From positions 434,001 through 498,000 of the forward strand of contig JAPETS010000014.1 in assembly GCA_026023565.1 (NCBI GenBank): a DNA stretch of 64,000 bases. The letters run 5' to 3'. The translations under genes were made by a program, and so were the position numbers. The stretch's first letter is position 1. Each line of letters opens with the position of its first letter. Shown here in pieces: positions 1 through 13,651 of this stretch. The DNA comes from Cirrosporium novae-zelandiae (Eukaryota). The notes under the pieces were generated by a model, which was given only the letters and a program-made list of their open reading frames with translations, had not been told where the DNA came from and made no database searches.

Positions 1-189
1 TTTATCATTTACATGGTAAGCAGCCTTTCGTTTTAAAAGTATTTCCCCCTATTAAATGCCAACAGAACCCCCTTCTCTCTCTACCCCTGAATACTCTCTA
101 TTCCCATATTCCCCTTCAAGATATCAAGCGTCAAGGATGATTTAATCTCCTATCCCGTTGTAAACCATACTGTCATTCTTTTAATCGTC

Positions 190-943
190 TCAACTCGCAT
201 CAACTATGATAATCAATACTTCGATTGTGATTATGACCTTCTTCATCATTAGCGTCAAGTCTATCGTTGAAACACTTTCTGGGACAAACTGCCAATGCCA
301 GCAAAATCCCGACAGCAAGCATGTCCCAACCACCTGCAAGTACTTTCCCACGAACAATGGCATTCTGCTGTCTCAAAAATCGGACACCCCCGAGAAATGC
401 GATTATGATTGCTGCACATTGACATAGAGCTGCAAGTGGAATCCCCAAAGTGTATAGATCCAAGGGTAGGTTAGGAATGAGGTCAAGTTCCATACGGAAG
501 AGTTGAGCGATGAAGACTCCGGCCATGGCTAATGTGAGCGACGTATGAAGGTAAGCTAAGTAAATCCTTTCTAGGGCTGAGCAATTATAAACGTTAGACT
601 CTGCAGGTAGATGAGAACAAGACGGATCGAATGTAGTAAATCAATCACTCATGGGCTGGAACATACCAAAGTGATCACGGCTTGCTTCTTGTGTGACAGT
701 AACAGATATTTGATCTCCCCAGAATCTCTTTATCTTAGGCAAGAAACCCGAATATTCCTTTTGGGGTTGAAATAGACTCCTATCTGGTGTTTCAAGGCAC
801 TCTGCAGAGTGCCGATCCGCTATTACAACAGGCGGGAGTATAACAAGTTTAAAGACATCTTGCGAAATATTTTCTTCATGGCCAATCTTGACTAGAGCTA
901 TCTGAGGTCCTGAGAAGTTGGACTCAGCAGACGTTGAATCCAT
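190..943 (-). CDS. DUF202 (YidH-like) small membrane protein, 3 exons
   Basis: Splicing ORF 641-943 (...ASRDHF) to the exon starting ~577 gives 'RDHFALERIYLAYLHTSLTLAMAGVFIAQLFR', matching the DUF202 RDHxAxERTxLAxxRTS pattern; hydrophobic helices follow; last exon ends at TGA ~190. Confidence 0.8.
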
Positions 944-1547
944 GAATTGCCGTTCTAACCTTCAAGCCAGATGTAAAGGAAGAATAATATAGAAGGGCTA
1001 GTTGAAAGTAAATGCGTAGGATGGGTGGACACCTCTCAAAGAATAAGCTAAAGAAAATATAAGGACGAGAGTTCTAGGGGAATAGAATTGTTTTGGATAA
1101 ATAGAACGGCTGATACCTTTTTCATAAAGCTACCCACTAGGTAATATTGTGTAGACACCTTTGGATGTATATACACCCAAGGAACGAAATAACCTACGGA
1201 TAAGCCCTCAAGACTTTAATCACTAAAGAGGTATTTCAACGGAGCCACAGACCTTCAGGACATTGCCGACTTTTATCCTCGTATCCGGACCATGATCGAA
1301 GACTAACCCTAGTACGTGAACTAATTGGTATTCATTCCTAGACTAAAAGATGCTTAACCAATTCTCAAATGAGTAGCTTCAAAGGACCCTGACGCTTTAG
1401 AAATATGAATGCTGTCAGCATCCATAATATTGGTATCGGAAACCCAGGTTCAATAGAATAAGAATAAGCATGCCCGCTATCCTCAAGCCCACCAGAAAAC
1501 TAATTCATGGCCAATACAGTTACCCTGTATCCAATACCCTTCGAGCT

Positions 1548-3185
1548 CTATGAGGGTGGTAGGGTACTACTCAATCGCTTCGCTTTATCAGTCGCGTCCT
1601 TTTCCACTTGTTCTCTCTTTTCCTGCTCCTTTACTTCTCTGACTTTCGCAAGGACTACCTCCCTGAATATAGCACCTCTTGCTAACTTGCTAAGGCTTCT
1701 CTTCTCTCTTGTTTTAACCTGTGGTTCTTCGCTTGTGGCTATCCCCTTGCCATCATCTACATGATGAGCCGCAATTGCTTGACCAGCCGCTTCTTGTGCG
1801 TTGGCAGGGACATCGCCTTCGCCTGGGACGTCCTCTTCATCGTCTTCCTGCATTTTCAGAGCTTCGATTCGATTGGCGAGCTTAACCATTTCAATCCCAC
1901 GTCTGAGACGTGCTTTGGCGATGTAAGAGCGAATTTCGGGCAAGAGGTCGTGGTCTGATGCCGTCTTGCCGGTGAGCCAGACGTGTTTCATTGCCTCTTC
2001 TGCAGTAGACCGTTTCGCAGCTTCGGGTTGAAGAAGCTTGGTAATGAAATCTTTGGCTTCTTGGGAGACGTCACGCCAGTAACGTTCATGGAATACAATT
2101 CGGCGATTGCGGCATTCTTCAATGAGATCGTTGAGATTTTCACTTCGGAAAGGAGAGTAGCCGCATAACAGAGTATATGTTATGACACCGAGAGACCACA
2201 TATCCACGGGTTTTCCATGTCCTTGTTTTAGCATCACTTCTGGAGCAGCGTAGCCGAATGATCCAGCCATGGTAGTCAACACCTCATGTTTAGAGTCCAG
2301 CATCTTTGCAATGCCAAAGTCGGCAAGTACAAGGGAAGAATTAGCATCACGGGTGAGGTAGAGGAGATTCTCGGGTTTTAAATCTACAATGTCAGCACGA
2401 ACTACTTAAGCTTTTAATAGTTGGGTTACCTCGATGAACAATGTTGTTCTGGTGTAGAAAGTTGACAGCGTCTAACACCTGTCTGATAGTCTGCGAGGCA
2501 TCTTTCTCGGTGAATTTTCCCTGCTCGCAGATTCTGTCGAACAACTCTCCGCCAATTGCCAGCTGGGTCACAATATAATACTTATCCTGAAGAATGTCAG
2601 TGAATGAATCTTCCAGGCACTTCTGCAGACATACCTTTGACTCAAACCAGTCATGAAATCGTACAATATGGGGATGATGAAGTTTTTGTAGCAACTCGAG
2701 CTCATCGTACACCATTTGCTCATTGCCCTTTACATTCTTCTTTAGGATAATCTTTACGGCAACCTTCCCGGTTGGACCATCCGCTTCTCGGACGATACCA
2801 TAGGTACCAGCGCCTAAAGTTTTGCCAAACTTGTATTGAGATCTATCGCCTGGTCAATAAATGTAATGTCTTGGGAAGGTGTAGTCGAACTTCTTATCGT
2901 AGCTCTCTGGTTGGCCATGGAGCCTATTGAGCATAGTGGATACTAATGAGGAAATAAATTAGCACTATCACCAAGTCATATCAAAGAGGAGCAAATTGAT
3001 ACAAGAAAAATCACTGCTCATTCGAGGATATATAGGAGGCCGAAAGGTTCTGCGGGAAACCATTATGAACGGGCTTGACTCTGTACGTAGACAGTCATAT
3101 ATAGGAATTAGGTAGGACGAGAATTTAATGAAGATAGTGATAAACTATCAGCGCATATTGAAAGATACGTACAACTGGAGCTCAT
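1548..3185 (-). CDS. cmkA: Calcium/calmodulin-dependent protein kinase (CmkA/CMK1-type), multi-exon
   Basis: Kinase motifs [39 protein letters not shown]-terminus [15 protein letters not shown]; short first exon ATG at 3185 followed by a GTACGT donor. Confidence 0.92.
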
Positions 3186-3903
3186 GTTGGCGGTAGCTTC
3201 CTGCAGGTGAGCGCCTGCAGTGCCTCTTGCGGCGACGTAAGGCAGCTTGGTAAACGGGAGGAAGAATTCGGGCTCGTGTGAGAAGGAGCAATTGTGTTGT
3301 GGCAGATTTTGATATAGGGTCAAGGACTTGTACGAAGGAAGTTCGACGGACTCTGCAGGTTTGGGATGGTTATCTGAATCCAAGGCTTAATACCTAGCTG
3401 ATCCTCCAAAAGATGGGACGAATCAATAAGGCGGGGTTTTGGTTCAGCTGGAAGTTTATTAAGTAACTTGTCAATGAACAACAACCCCAGATGAAGGAAT
3501 AATTCTTCGGGATTTTGCACTCCAAAAACCAGACTTTGCGTATAATAGATAGATAAAAAATATGTTAGTTTCCTTTTAATTTTGGAAAAAGTAGAAATCG
3601 TTCATGGGACTGTAGTTAAGTATTTATGATACGATACCCCCCTGCGCATTGGCTGGCACAACAAATTAAACAGGTTGATGGTCCATCGAACTCAGCCTCA
3701 GCTTGTCTACTCAGCCCCACCAACCTTCAACAACTGCCTTATACCATTAAGGGAACCATCCCAATGCCACCCCATTGCAGCATATCCAACAAACCAATGG
3801 CAGTCTATCGGGTTAGGTTGATGAACCGTCTCTAAGTGGCTTCTCAGAATTAATGCTTCTTATACAGTACTATAGCATGTAGGCTCATTAAGTTTACTCC
3901 CCC

Positions 3904-6207
3904 CTACATTTTCCCAAAGTCTCTCTTCTCAGTTGCCGCATCCATCATGCGATTTCCGCTTATGATACCTGTAGTACAAATTACAATCTCCCGTTTCTCT
4001 TCTTCTTGCTTGGTGATAAATCTTAGAGCCGCAATTTCTGTAAATGTGATCCCGCCCAGGAAGAAAACCACCACCGTTTTCCTTCCTCCCATGCCGGTTA
4101 ACGTTGTTCGCGCTTTCAATGCCTTTTCATCCGAAGGCTTTTGAACGATATTGAATGTCTGCCCAATGGTTTGCTTCTCAATGTCCTGGAACCCTGCCCA
4201 ACCATGAACAGCTGCCATGCCATTCATCACAGCATTGGGACCTTTGGTGAGAGACAGCAGATGCGATTTTTGAATCACACATTGCACCAGACGAATACTT
4301 AGGGGTGCAAAGCCGCTATAGACATATGAGATATCATCAGGCTCATGCTCGTTAACCTCATCAACAACGAGACGAAGGCTCTTGCGCAAGGAGCTGTAGT
4401 TTGTACGTTGTTGAGTAACAGGAACAAGGCCTCCGCCAGCAGAGGACCTCGCCTCAAACAGTCGCATCTTTTCAAGTGAATCAAGAGTCAGGAGGTGTTG
4501 GAAGCCGTAGCCGTGAATAATTTGACGCCTAAAATTCTCAAAATCTTTCTGGCGCAAACCGCCACCCATACAAGATTCGAGACATAGAAGACGTAGAACT
4601 ATATGAAGCGGGACATTGCGCGCAATAAGTTCTTCAATAGTTTCATGTTGGAGAGAAGGATCTGAACCCATGGCTAGATTCTGCTGCACTTCGAGTATGC
4701 GCCTAAATATTTCTGATCGCGTGTGCTTGGTCATTTCTTCTGCGAGATTGATGTGAATCTTAAGACTCTGCTGCTCAGCTTGATAACCAGGAAGCTTATC
4801 GACGAATGTGCGGAGTTCTGCTGTGCTCTTTGCTTTATGACGACTCTCATAGTCGCTTTCCAGACGGCGGGCTATTTTACTGAGCATATCGCCTACAATT
4901 GCAAAGTTTGAATCTCTAAGTTGTTCAAATAGCTTGTCGGTGGAATCCAATTGCACTTTGCGTTTGAGGCCACGTTGGGATGATGAACCCACAGAGCGGG
5001 AGGAAGAACCCTGGCCCTGTGCTTGAGGTATCTGCCCAATGATGGTTGAATCTACCTCGACTTGGTTGTATTCCACACCGAAAAGCTCATCCACAAGGCC
5101 TTCGTATGTTAACTGCGTTAGAAGAGGGGTAGCAAAGTCGACCTCTCTATCAATTACAATTAGGCTGTCAATGGTTGAGCTAGGCATCAAACCCAATGCC
5201 GAAGATTTCATGAGTCCAGATGCCTCTTCGGAGGCCAATTCTTTCCGCATGCGTAGAAGGAGGTCGGCGAGACGCCGTGCATTATCACCTTTACCGACAA
5301 TTCGAGGAAATAGTCCATGCTTCTGCTGAAGTAGCATTAATGCTTTGGCTGATAAAAATATCGATGTAGGATCTCGTTCCTAAACTAGTTAGCAGCATGC
5401 ACTTGCCACAAGCTTGTATGCGGAGACCAATAACTAACCAAATAAATGTCTCGAAACGAAGAATCTAGTTCCAGTGAAAGAACGTCATTTTCCAGTGGTA
5501 TAAAGTATACAGGAAGATCAGAGATGCTAACATCTCCTAGAACCCCCTCCTCCTCAAAAATCTTTTCGCATATCAAAGTTCTTCTTGGTACAAGCCAAAC
5601 AGAGAATTCATGGTCTATTGGAGAGTCACGTCGAAGTCGCTTTATCTGCTCTGGGATGATGTTAGCACGTACTGATTGCATTCAGCTAACAAGAATGGAC
5701 GGGGCCAATGCATTAGGGACGTGCTTTAAAGATAAATAGTCAATATTGGAATCAAGACTGTTTAGGCAGAGTAGGAAAACGTCCGCCTAATCTCATTAGA
5801 TCCCGGATAATAGGAGCACGTCGTGAAGAAACTAGAGAATATATTATGTCTTAAGCCAAATACATACCTGCAATTGCCTGAAGTTGTGTAGGCTTCTCCC
5901 CTCGTACAAGGAAGCAGACGTTTTTCTGCGACGAGTCCACATTGCCGTTCTCTAAAAGGAAAACTCGATCCAATCCATGTTCTTGAAGCATAGAGAACTT
6001 GACAAAAAGGCCAATTGGACCAGCGAGAGATTTCTCAACCACAAGATTCTTCTTTCCCAGTACCTAGAAACATGGTATCTTAGTCTTTGATTTAGTCCCA
6101 AGGGATAGAGGATGCTGAGCCTTACTCACGCCTTCAAGCAAGGCCAAAAGATCTTTTCGAGCCTTTTCTCGTATAGGATCCATAGTGAGCCCTGGATGTG
6201 GTGCCAT
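3904..6207 (-). CDS. VPS33: Vacuolar protein sorting protein Vps33 (Sec1/Munc18 family), multi-exon
   Basis: IDREVDFATPLLTQLTYEGLVDE, YVYSGFAPLSIRLVQ and VVVFFLGGITFTEIAALRF motifs; exons in ORFs 5851-6042, 5385-5681 and 3904-5337; start MAPHPG at 6207. Confidence 0.93.
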
Positions 6208-6363
6208 GACGAGGAATATAGTGTATAGTTGATCGAGGAGGTGAAATTGAAGCTCGGAGATTCAACATGCAGTTCTGTGGTAGGTCAGCAGCAGCTTCTA
6301 CGGTTAGCGAAGCGGCCAGGACGGTGCAAGTTCAGAATCCCCGTCAAATTTTGATTTGATAGG

Positions 6364-8350
6364 ATGACGCTTTTGAGTCACACCCAGAGGCAAATCCATT
6401 TACTTGTGCCCTACAATAATTTACCCCACCTATTTACTTTTCGCATGAAGACTCTCTACAATATCACCCCGCGCCGATTTTCTCAAATATCAACTTTTCG
6501 TCCAATATACCGTAACCCTTTTATGACCTGTGCCTTTAGTTGTTGCCGGTTTTTGAGTTTTACATCGCGATTTCGCGAAGCCGATATGGGCAAAGATAAA
6601 GCCCACCAGTTCCAATTGAAGGTGCCAAAGGGGACGAAGGATTGTAGGTTACGCTGTCTAGGTTAGAATGACATTTCTAATATTTTCTAGGGGCCTTGCA
6701 AGATGCCAAGATAAGGAAGAAGCTGTTTGCGACAATCACAAATGTTTTCGACCGTCACGGCTCGGACGAACTAGATACGTACGTCAGAGGAACCATCTAC
6801 TTTTACGAAGATGGATATTTACTGATAATCTCGAAGACCTACATTTGAATTGAAGGGGATTTTGACCGGCAAATACGGAGAGGATTCAAAGTTGATATAT
6901 GACTTGCAGGACCAAGGAGGAGAGTTATGCTCGTTACGATACGATCTCACAGTCCCCTTTGCTCGATGGCTTGCCATGAACTCTTCCATAAAAGCCATAA
7001 GACGTTATCAGATTGGCAAGGTATTCCGGAGGGATCAGCCAGCCATGACCAAGGGACGAATGCGAGAATTCTACCAATGTGATTTTGACATTGCTGGAGA
7101 TTACGATGCCATGCTGCCAGATGCAAAGGTTCTTCGGATAGCATGCGAGGTGTTTTCGGATTTAGGGTGGTATAATCGATATACAATCAAGCTCAACCAC
7201 CGCAAAATATTAGACGGCATGTTTGAGGTGTGCGGGGTTCCAACGGATAAAATTAGAACCATCAGCAGCGCGGTAGACAAGCTAGACAAGGTACCTTGGG
7301 AAGAGGTCAAAAAAGAGATGACGGAAGAAAAGGGACTTGATGCAGCCGTAGCTGACAAGATTGGAGAGTACGTGAGCCGAAAGGGAGGAAGGGAGCTCCT
7401 AGAGGGACTCCAGGTAGATGAGGCGTTGACAGCCAATGTTTCTGCAAAGAAGGGTCTCGACGATATGGCCCTGTTCTTCAAATATCTAGACGCCTTCAAA
7501 ATTTCCGACAAGGTTTCTTTCGATCTAAGTCTAGCAAGAGGCCTCGACTACTACACGGGAGTCATCTACGAAGTTGTTACCGAGGGATCAGCCCCAAGCA
7601 CCAAAGAAGGCGAAGCCGTCCAACGAAAAGCCAAAAAAGAAAAAAAGAACGACGATGACCGCTCCAACGACCCCTCGATTGGCGTTGGCAGCGTAGCAGC
7701 TGGCGGCCGATATGATGAACTCGTCGGCATGTTCTCAGGGAAGACACAGATACCCTGCGTGGGGATATCGTTTGGAATCGAAAGAATCTTTTCAATCACC
7801 AAGACTAGAATGAAATCCGCAAATGGCAAGGCGGTCATGGCGGTACGGAATAGTCCCATAACCCACAACGACCTCGACGTCTTTGTCATGGCGTTTGGCG
7901 GGAAAGGGTTTACGGGTATGGTTGAAGAGAGAATAGACATCTGCACAAAACTGTGGGACGCACGAATCAAGGTATTTTTAATTCCAATACCTCCCATCAA
8001 CATCCACCCCCCAAAAGCCAAAGCAAAGAAACCCCAACTAACCCCTCACACAGGCCGATTTCATGCTAAAAGTAAAGCCCAAACTACCCGCACAATTCAA
8101 AGCAGCCGAAGCCGCAGGCGCCCCCTTTGGCGTGATCCTCGGCGAAGACGAACTAGCACAAAACAAAGTAAAAATCAAAGAGATGGGATTGCCTGACGGA
8201 CATCCCGAGAAGGAGGGCGTGCTGGTGGATCTGGATAAGCTGGTGGAGGAGCTGAGGGATAGGTTGGTGAGAAGGGCGGAGGCGGAGCTGGATGGGCTAG
8301 CGGAGGAGACGGGGGGGTTGGGGTTGGGTGAGGGAGAGGGGAAGTCGTGA
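6364..8350 (+). CDS. HTS1: Histidyl-tRNA synthetase (class II), 4 exons; cytosolic start probably ATG 6586, with upstream in-frame ATGs
   Basis: [42 protein letters not shown] and GGRYD motifs; anticodon-binding domain in the last exon (~8054-8350). Confidence 0.95.
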
Positions 8351-8399
8351 CGGGATGGCTTCATTCTTCATCTTTTATTAATGGGATAGAATGAAAATA

Positions 8400-9830
8400 G
8401 AATAGTAGGAGTAGAGTTTTCCCTATCCCTCCATCCACCCCCCAATTCTAACCACCACTATCCACAACCCCCCCCCCCCCAACAGACTCAATCCCACGCC
8501 TCAAATATCTACCCAAGCCTTACCCTCACCTGCCATAACCCTCAAACCCCAAATACCAACCAACCTTCCCTCTCTCTTTCCTCCAAGTCTCAAATTGCCT
8601 TAGTATCCATACTAATATACCTAGGGACATAGGTGAGCTATAATATACAAAAATTACCTACCTGCCATTCCACTATCCACAACCCTCCAATTCTCAACTT
8701 CCACCCCCCAATTCCAATCCCCAAGCCTCAGCCCTCAACCCCTAAATACTTACCAACGAATTCAAAAAAAATCATGTTTTTTTTACGAAATACGACGAGT
8801 AGTTATAGATATATGTATAATATCCCCTTAGCCCTAACCCACATCCTTCCCCTTCCCCAAGCCAGCAGTTGTATTAATATATATATCTAGGTACAGTACA
8901 TGTACAGCACAAATATTTAAATGATTTTGGATAAAAAAAATAAAATATTTTTATATAAATTCACCTGTATACACGCACACCTAGGTATAGTAATTATATG
9001 TGTTATGGCAACTTGTAACATAGGGAGGAGAGAGGAGACTGTGGTTGAGGTTAAGAGAAAGAAAGAAAGAGACATACAAAAGATCTATAACTGCTCGTTA
9101 TTTTTTCATAAAGGTATAATTTTTTTTTTTTTTTTAATTCGTTGGTAGGTATTTAGTTAGCGGTTGAGGGCTGAGGCTTGGGGATTGGGTGGAGGGTTGA
9201 TGAAAATAGTAGTTGTGAATGATGGTGGTATGGTTAGTAATAGTTGAGAAGGGGTTGTTAGTTGATTAGACTAGTTGAATGATTAAATAGTAGGGATAGG
9301 AAAAGGAAAAGGAAAAGGAAAAGGAAACGGGAAGTGTGGGAGTGTGGGAGTGTGGGATTTTTGTGCATGTATATATGTATATATGTATGTATGTATTATA
9401 AAAAGTTATAGAAATGAGGTGGACTGTAGCTGGGTAAGGTGTGTGTAAAAAAATAAATAAATAAAAAGTGTTTGGTTTGGTTTGGTTTGGTTTTATTTTT
9501 TGTTCTTTTTAATATCTACCTACCTACCCAACTCAACCTACTCTCCAAACCCCCAAATTTTAACCCCCTCTTATCCTATTATATCCCCTATGTTATCTTT
9601 AGGTAATAATAATAATAATAAAACACAAAAAAAAAGAAAGAAAAAAGAAAGGGATCGTGGGATTTTTGTTTTTGTGTTGGGAAGTTGGATGTATATGTAA
9701 GATATAAATGTAGGTGTGTGTTGTTGTTGTCGAGATTATTATTATTATTACTGTTATTATGATTAATTTTTTCTATATACAAAAGTACTTGTACCTAGAT
9801 AACTATCGTTGATATCTAGGTACATTACTA
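8400..9830. repeat. AT-rich low-complexity intergenic island with microsatellites and an internal inverted repeat
   Basis: Poly-C, poly-T and poly-A runs; (GGAAAA)n, (TTTGG)n, (TAA)n and (TATG)n tracts. Confidence 0.8.
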
Positions 9831-9896
9831 TTATTATTGTTTATATCATCATATATCCCATCCCATCCCCCTTCTCTTCTATCCCTCCTCTTCACT

Positions 9897-11466
9897 CTAA
9901 ACCAAACCCCTCAACCACCCCTCCAACCCCGCCACAAAAACCCCCACCTCCTCCTCCCCCAAAACTCCCCCATCCCAACAAACCGAAACACTCAACTCCC
10001 CACCCCTTGCCGAAGCCACAGAAACGCAATAAGGGTCCCCATACGTACACACAGAGCCTGAAAAGGCGACTTTGTTGAACGTTACCCTTTCTTTTTTGTG
10101 GAAGTCGTTATTAGGGGTGTCTACGACACCGCCATCCAGGACACCAATATTGGTAACTTCAAAGGCATGAGCACGCTTGGTGCCTAGAAGGCCGAGAAAA
10201 TAGTTGGGGAGGTCGTGGGCGTAGCCCAGGAGGCCTACGTTTTGGTTTGTGGGCGTGGAGGTGGTGGTGTTGAGGAAGGATTTGCAGGCTCGGGCGCTGT
10301 GCCAGAGTTCTTTATCGTCTTTTGGGCCTGTTGGGTTTTCTTTGGAGGATGAGGGGGGAGAGCGACAAGAGATATATCCCGTAGGGGGCGTGGCTTCAGA
10401 CGAGAAATACGGCTGGGCGTTGGAGACGAATACGCCCATATCTTGTTGTGTGTGGCCTGTGAATTTGCGCATGGAAAAAGGGATCGTGCCCCTGAAGCGA
10501 GAGTGTGTCGGGTACATGAGTGCTAATTTCCTAGCGACGAGAACAGTGATCAATGCTGTGAGTGACGTCTTTTCCTCTCTACAGCGAGAAACGAGTTTGC
10601 TAACAATGGCCGGGTCGAGCGTGAAGCTGCGGAGGTTGCAGATAGGTGGTCGAGGACCTGAGGGGTCGATGAGGGGGCCAGACCACTCCTGTGGGTCGAC
10701 GGGGGAGTAGATGTAGGTTTGGAAGATCTTTTTGAGGGCGTAGAAGAGGGAGATTGGGAGTGGGGTGCCCATTTCCAGAGTTGGGATGAGCGGGAGTTTG
10801 GGGACTGGGATGGTTGTTGATTCGGAGGTCACCACCAGGGTGGAGGGGTTGTCGAGGAGGTGGTTTAGAGCATCAAGGAGGGTGAGGTGAAATGCCCCAG
10901 CTGAGAGACCGTCTCCGATTGCGTGGTGGCAGAAGAATGCGAGCGTGAAAGAGAACGTGTCTCCCTCCCTCTCCTCATCTGTTGTTGCAGTGCGAGCTGA
11001 GCCCTGAACAGCGACTATCACTCTCCACACGGGCAATTCCTCTAGTCGGTCTAATGGCTCTCGATGACCAGCTTGGATCCACGAATCTGGATTCGAGTTC
11101 GGATCTTCTTCGATGAATTTCACAATTTCACAGAGGTCAATCGTTTCTAACCTCACCCACCTGGGTTCTTGACTTCCCTCATCCTCAATGGTGACGCCTA
11201 GAATCGGTTGGGTGTTCAATGTCTCTGCTAATGCGGAATAGATGAGATTCCTGAACCCAGTTTTGCTGTCGGACGTCTTTCCGAGAATTGACCTAGGAGC
11301 TGTGTAGGTCGCTGCAACCTGCACCTTGTTGTAAAATTTAACATAGCTCCGCACGATATTGAAACGCTCCATGTTCCCTGAGAAGATTTTGTTATTAATC
11401 ATGCGATTGATTATAGCGATGGGGGTCACAATTCTTACCTGTCGGTCTTAGGGGAGGATCTTCCAT
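9897..11466 (-). CDS. Alcohol acetyltransferase (AATase/ATF1-like, CoA-dependent acyltransferase fold), 2 exons
   Basis: HxxxD motif FFCHHAIGDG, FEVTNIG motif; first exon MEDPPLRPT with GTAAGA donor. Confidence 0.8.
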
Positions 11467-12156
11467 TTTGGAAATAGCCATTTTTTTCTACGCGCGAGAA
11501 GGACAAAAGGATCAAATCAATCAGGAGAGGAAATATTCACAGAACCTGAAGACGCGCAATGCTTATATATACATATATACAGGGCAGAAGAAGGGAAGCA
11601 AGATCAAAAGTTGCTTGTCCTTATCGACAAGGCTTCTACAAGATAAATATATAGGCATCGCGGCGTGTAGATTCCTCCGGTTGTGCCGACAAGCCGAAAT
11701 CCTTTCATCGTCGGATTCCTTCTTGCAATCCGTATTCGGATCCGACTCGTTGTTATGTGCTCGTGGAGCCTTTAATTACTTGTTGATGAAGCTCCCTAAT
11801 ATCCTTTGTTTTCATTGGTTTAAATGGTTCTTGACCCCTTTTTATTCTGGATTTGGGATCAATAAACTTCCCTAAGTCTAGTTAATCTGTCGGTACCTAT
11901 CAGTCGAAAGTTTGCTTTACATATCACAATAAGAACGGAGGAATATATTTCCCATACACATCCCTCAACAAGACCTGGTAAGATAGAAAATGAATCTTTT
12001 TTTTTATTTTTTTGTTTTTTCTTCTTTGCTATTATTTATCCTATGCGCGTTTTGTGCTCTCTTTGATTTCGACTTGCTTCAAAGAGCGAGAAATGTTCAA
12101 CACATATACTCTGATCTTGACGCCACAGGAGTACTGTACTGTCCCTGGTATCACCA

Positions 12157-13651
12157 TCATGAAGTCATATCAAAAACCGCCGAATGACTCGTAGCCTTGG
12201 TCAATGAGCAAAACTTCTTCATAACATCCCCCGTAATTGTCTCGTCAAAGCTCGTCCCATCATCAATAATCTGAATATGCGCCTCCCCAGAATCGCCTTC
12301 AAAGACCACTGCCACCTTAATACTGTCATCGGTAGGTCGATCAAAATAGTTCGAGTCCCCGCCAGAGATGTTCATGTGGATGGTCGACTTCGCTTTAGTG
12401 TTCCCAGCGTCTAGGATTTCGAAAATATCCCATTCTCCGCAGCCAGAAGTCCAGCAGGAGCAGTCGGATTGACCATATTGGAGGGTGCGCGGAATTTGGG
12501 CGTTGAGTAGCCAGATTGCGGGCATATCAGCGTCGAAGCCGGTTTTTCCGGTTAGTGGCATGCTAAATTCGAGGAGGAAGGCTTTCTGGGAGCCGGACCA
12601 GCCATCTAGGGGGTGTTAGTTGGGTCTGGGTTTAGGGTGGATAGGGAGGGGCAAGACTTACGATATGCAACGCTTCCGTTACGAACGTATCCGCAGTCCG
12701 AGTCGCCGCATTCTGTGTCGGTCATGATGACTAGTTCTGCGTCATCATCTAGGAAGACGTCTTCGAGGGTCTGGGAGCAGGATGCACCGGTGGTGCCGTC
12801 GGCTGAAGCATAGGAGAGGGAGCTGCCAAAGACGCTGGAGAGATGATTAAGTATATAACGTGATAGAGAGGAAGGTAGCAGAAAAGAGCTAACACATACT
12901 CATCCCAGACACCAGACTCGGTTCCTCCAAAGTGATTTAAGAATACAAGACCTGAAGCGGTGCCGGATTCGGCATTGTAGTATGCTTGACGGCCCCAGTT
13001 TCCAGATCCAGCGTCGAAGAAGGTAGCAGGTGATTCTGCGGCTGAAACTATGGATGACGCTGTAGCTGCTGTAGTCGTAGGTACAATAGTTCCCATAGCT
13101 TCAGAGGCGGAAGTGGGACCGAAGTAGGTGTTGACCCAGCTAACGACTTGGCCGTCGATTGTTGCTGTGACCATGTCAGGTTCAGGTTCCGCTTCGCGCT
13201 TCCCGTGAGCATGGCCATGATGGCGACGATGGCGGCGGCGTCTTCCGATGCTACGTTTCTTGCTGGACTCGTCATCAGAGCTAGGGGTATAAACAGCAAT
13301 CTGCTTAATCCTCATCGGCCCGCGAATGTGAAGCGAAACCTATTGGTGTATTGTCAATTATCCAACTCACAAGCCCACCGACTATATTTAGAATCTTACT
13401 TCTTCGTCAAGAGGAGATAATGTCCCACCGAAGCCTTGACTGGTCGAGGAGCAAGTGCCGCTTGCAGAGTCCATGGCTGTAATTCTGTTATAAGAACCAG
13501 AGTTGTCGGTGAGACCAGTGTATGTGATGGCCTTTACCGCAGAACAATACCAGTTACCATTGTCTTCAAAGGCCGTCCCGGAAGCACAACCCTGTGCTAC
13601 TACACCGCTAGCAGCCGCAACAACCGCACCAGCAGTCAAAGCGAAGCGCAT
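12157..13651 (-). CDS. TOS1/PGA52-like secreted cell-wall protein (DUF2403 + DUF2401), multi-exon
   Basis: Signal peptide MRFALTAGAVVAAASGVVA; GNWYCSAV, LSPLDEE, ATIDGQVVSW and DMPAIWLLNAQIPRTLQYG..CSCWTSGCGEWDIFE motifs. Confidence 0.88.

Noticed and set aside
8633..10078. Several short Pro/Ile/Asn-rich ORFs
   Set aside because: Products of low-complexity sequence or antisense to the acetyltransferase.
13190..13270. Arg/His-rich stretch KKRSIGRRRRHRRHHGHAHGKRE in the TOS1-like protein
   Set aside because: Such His/Arg-rich, Kex2-like segments are a usual feature of this family.
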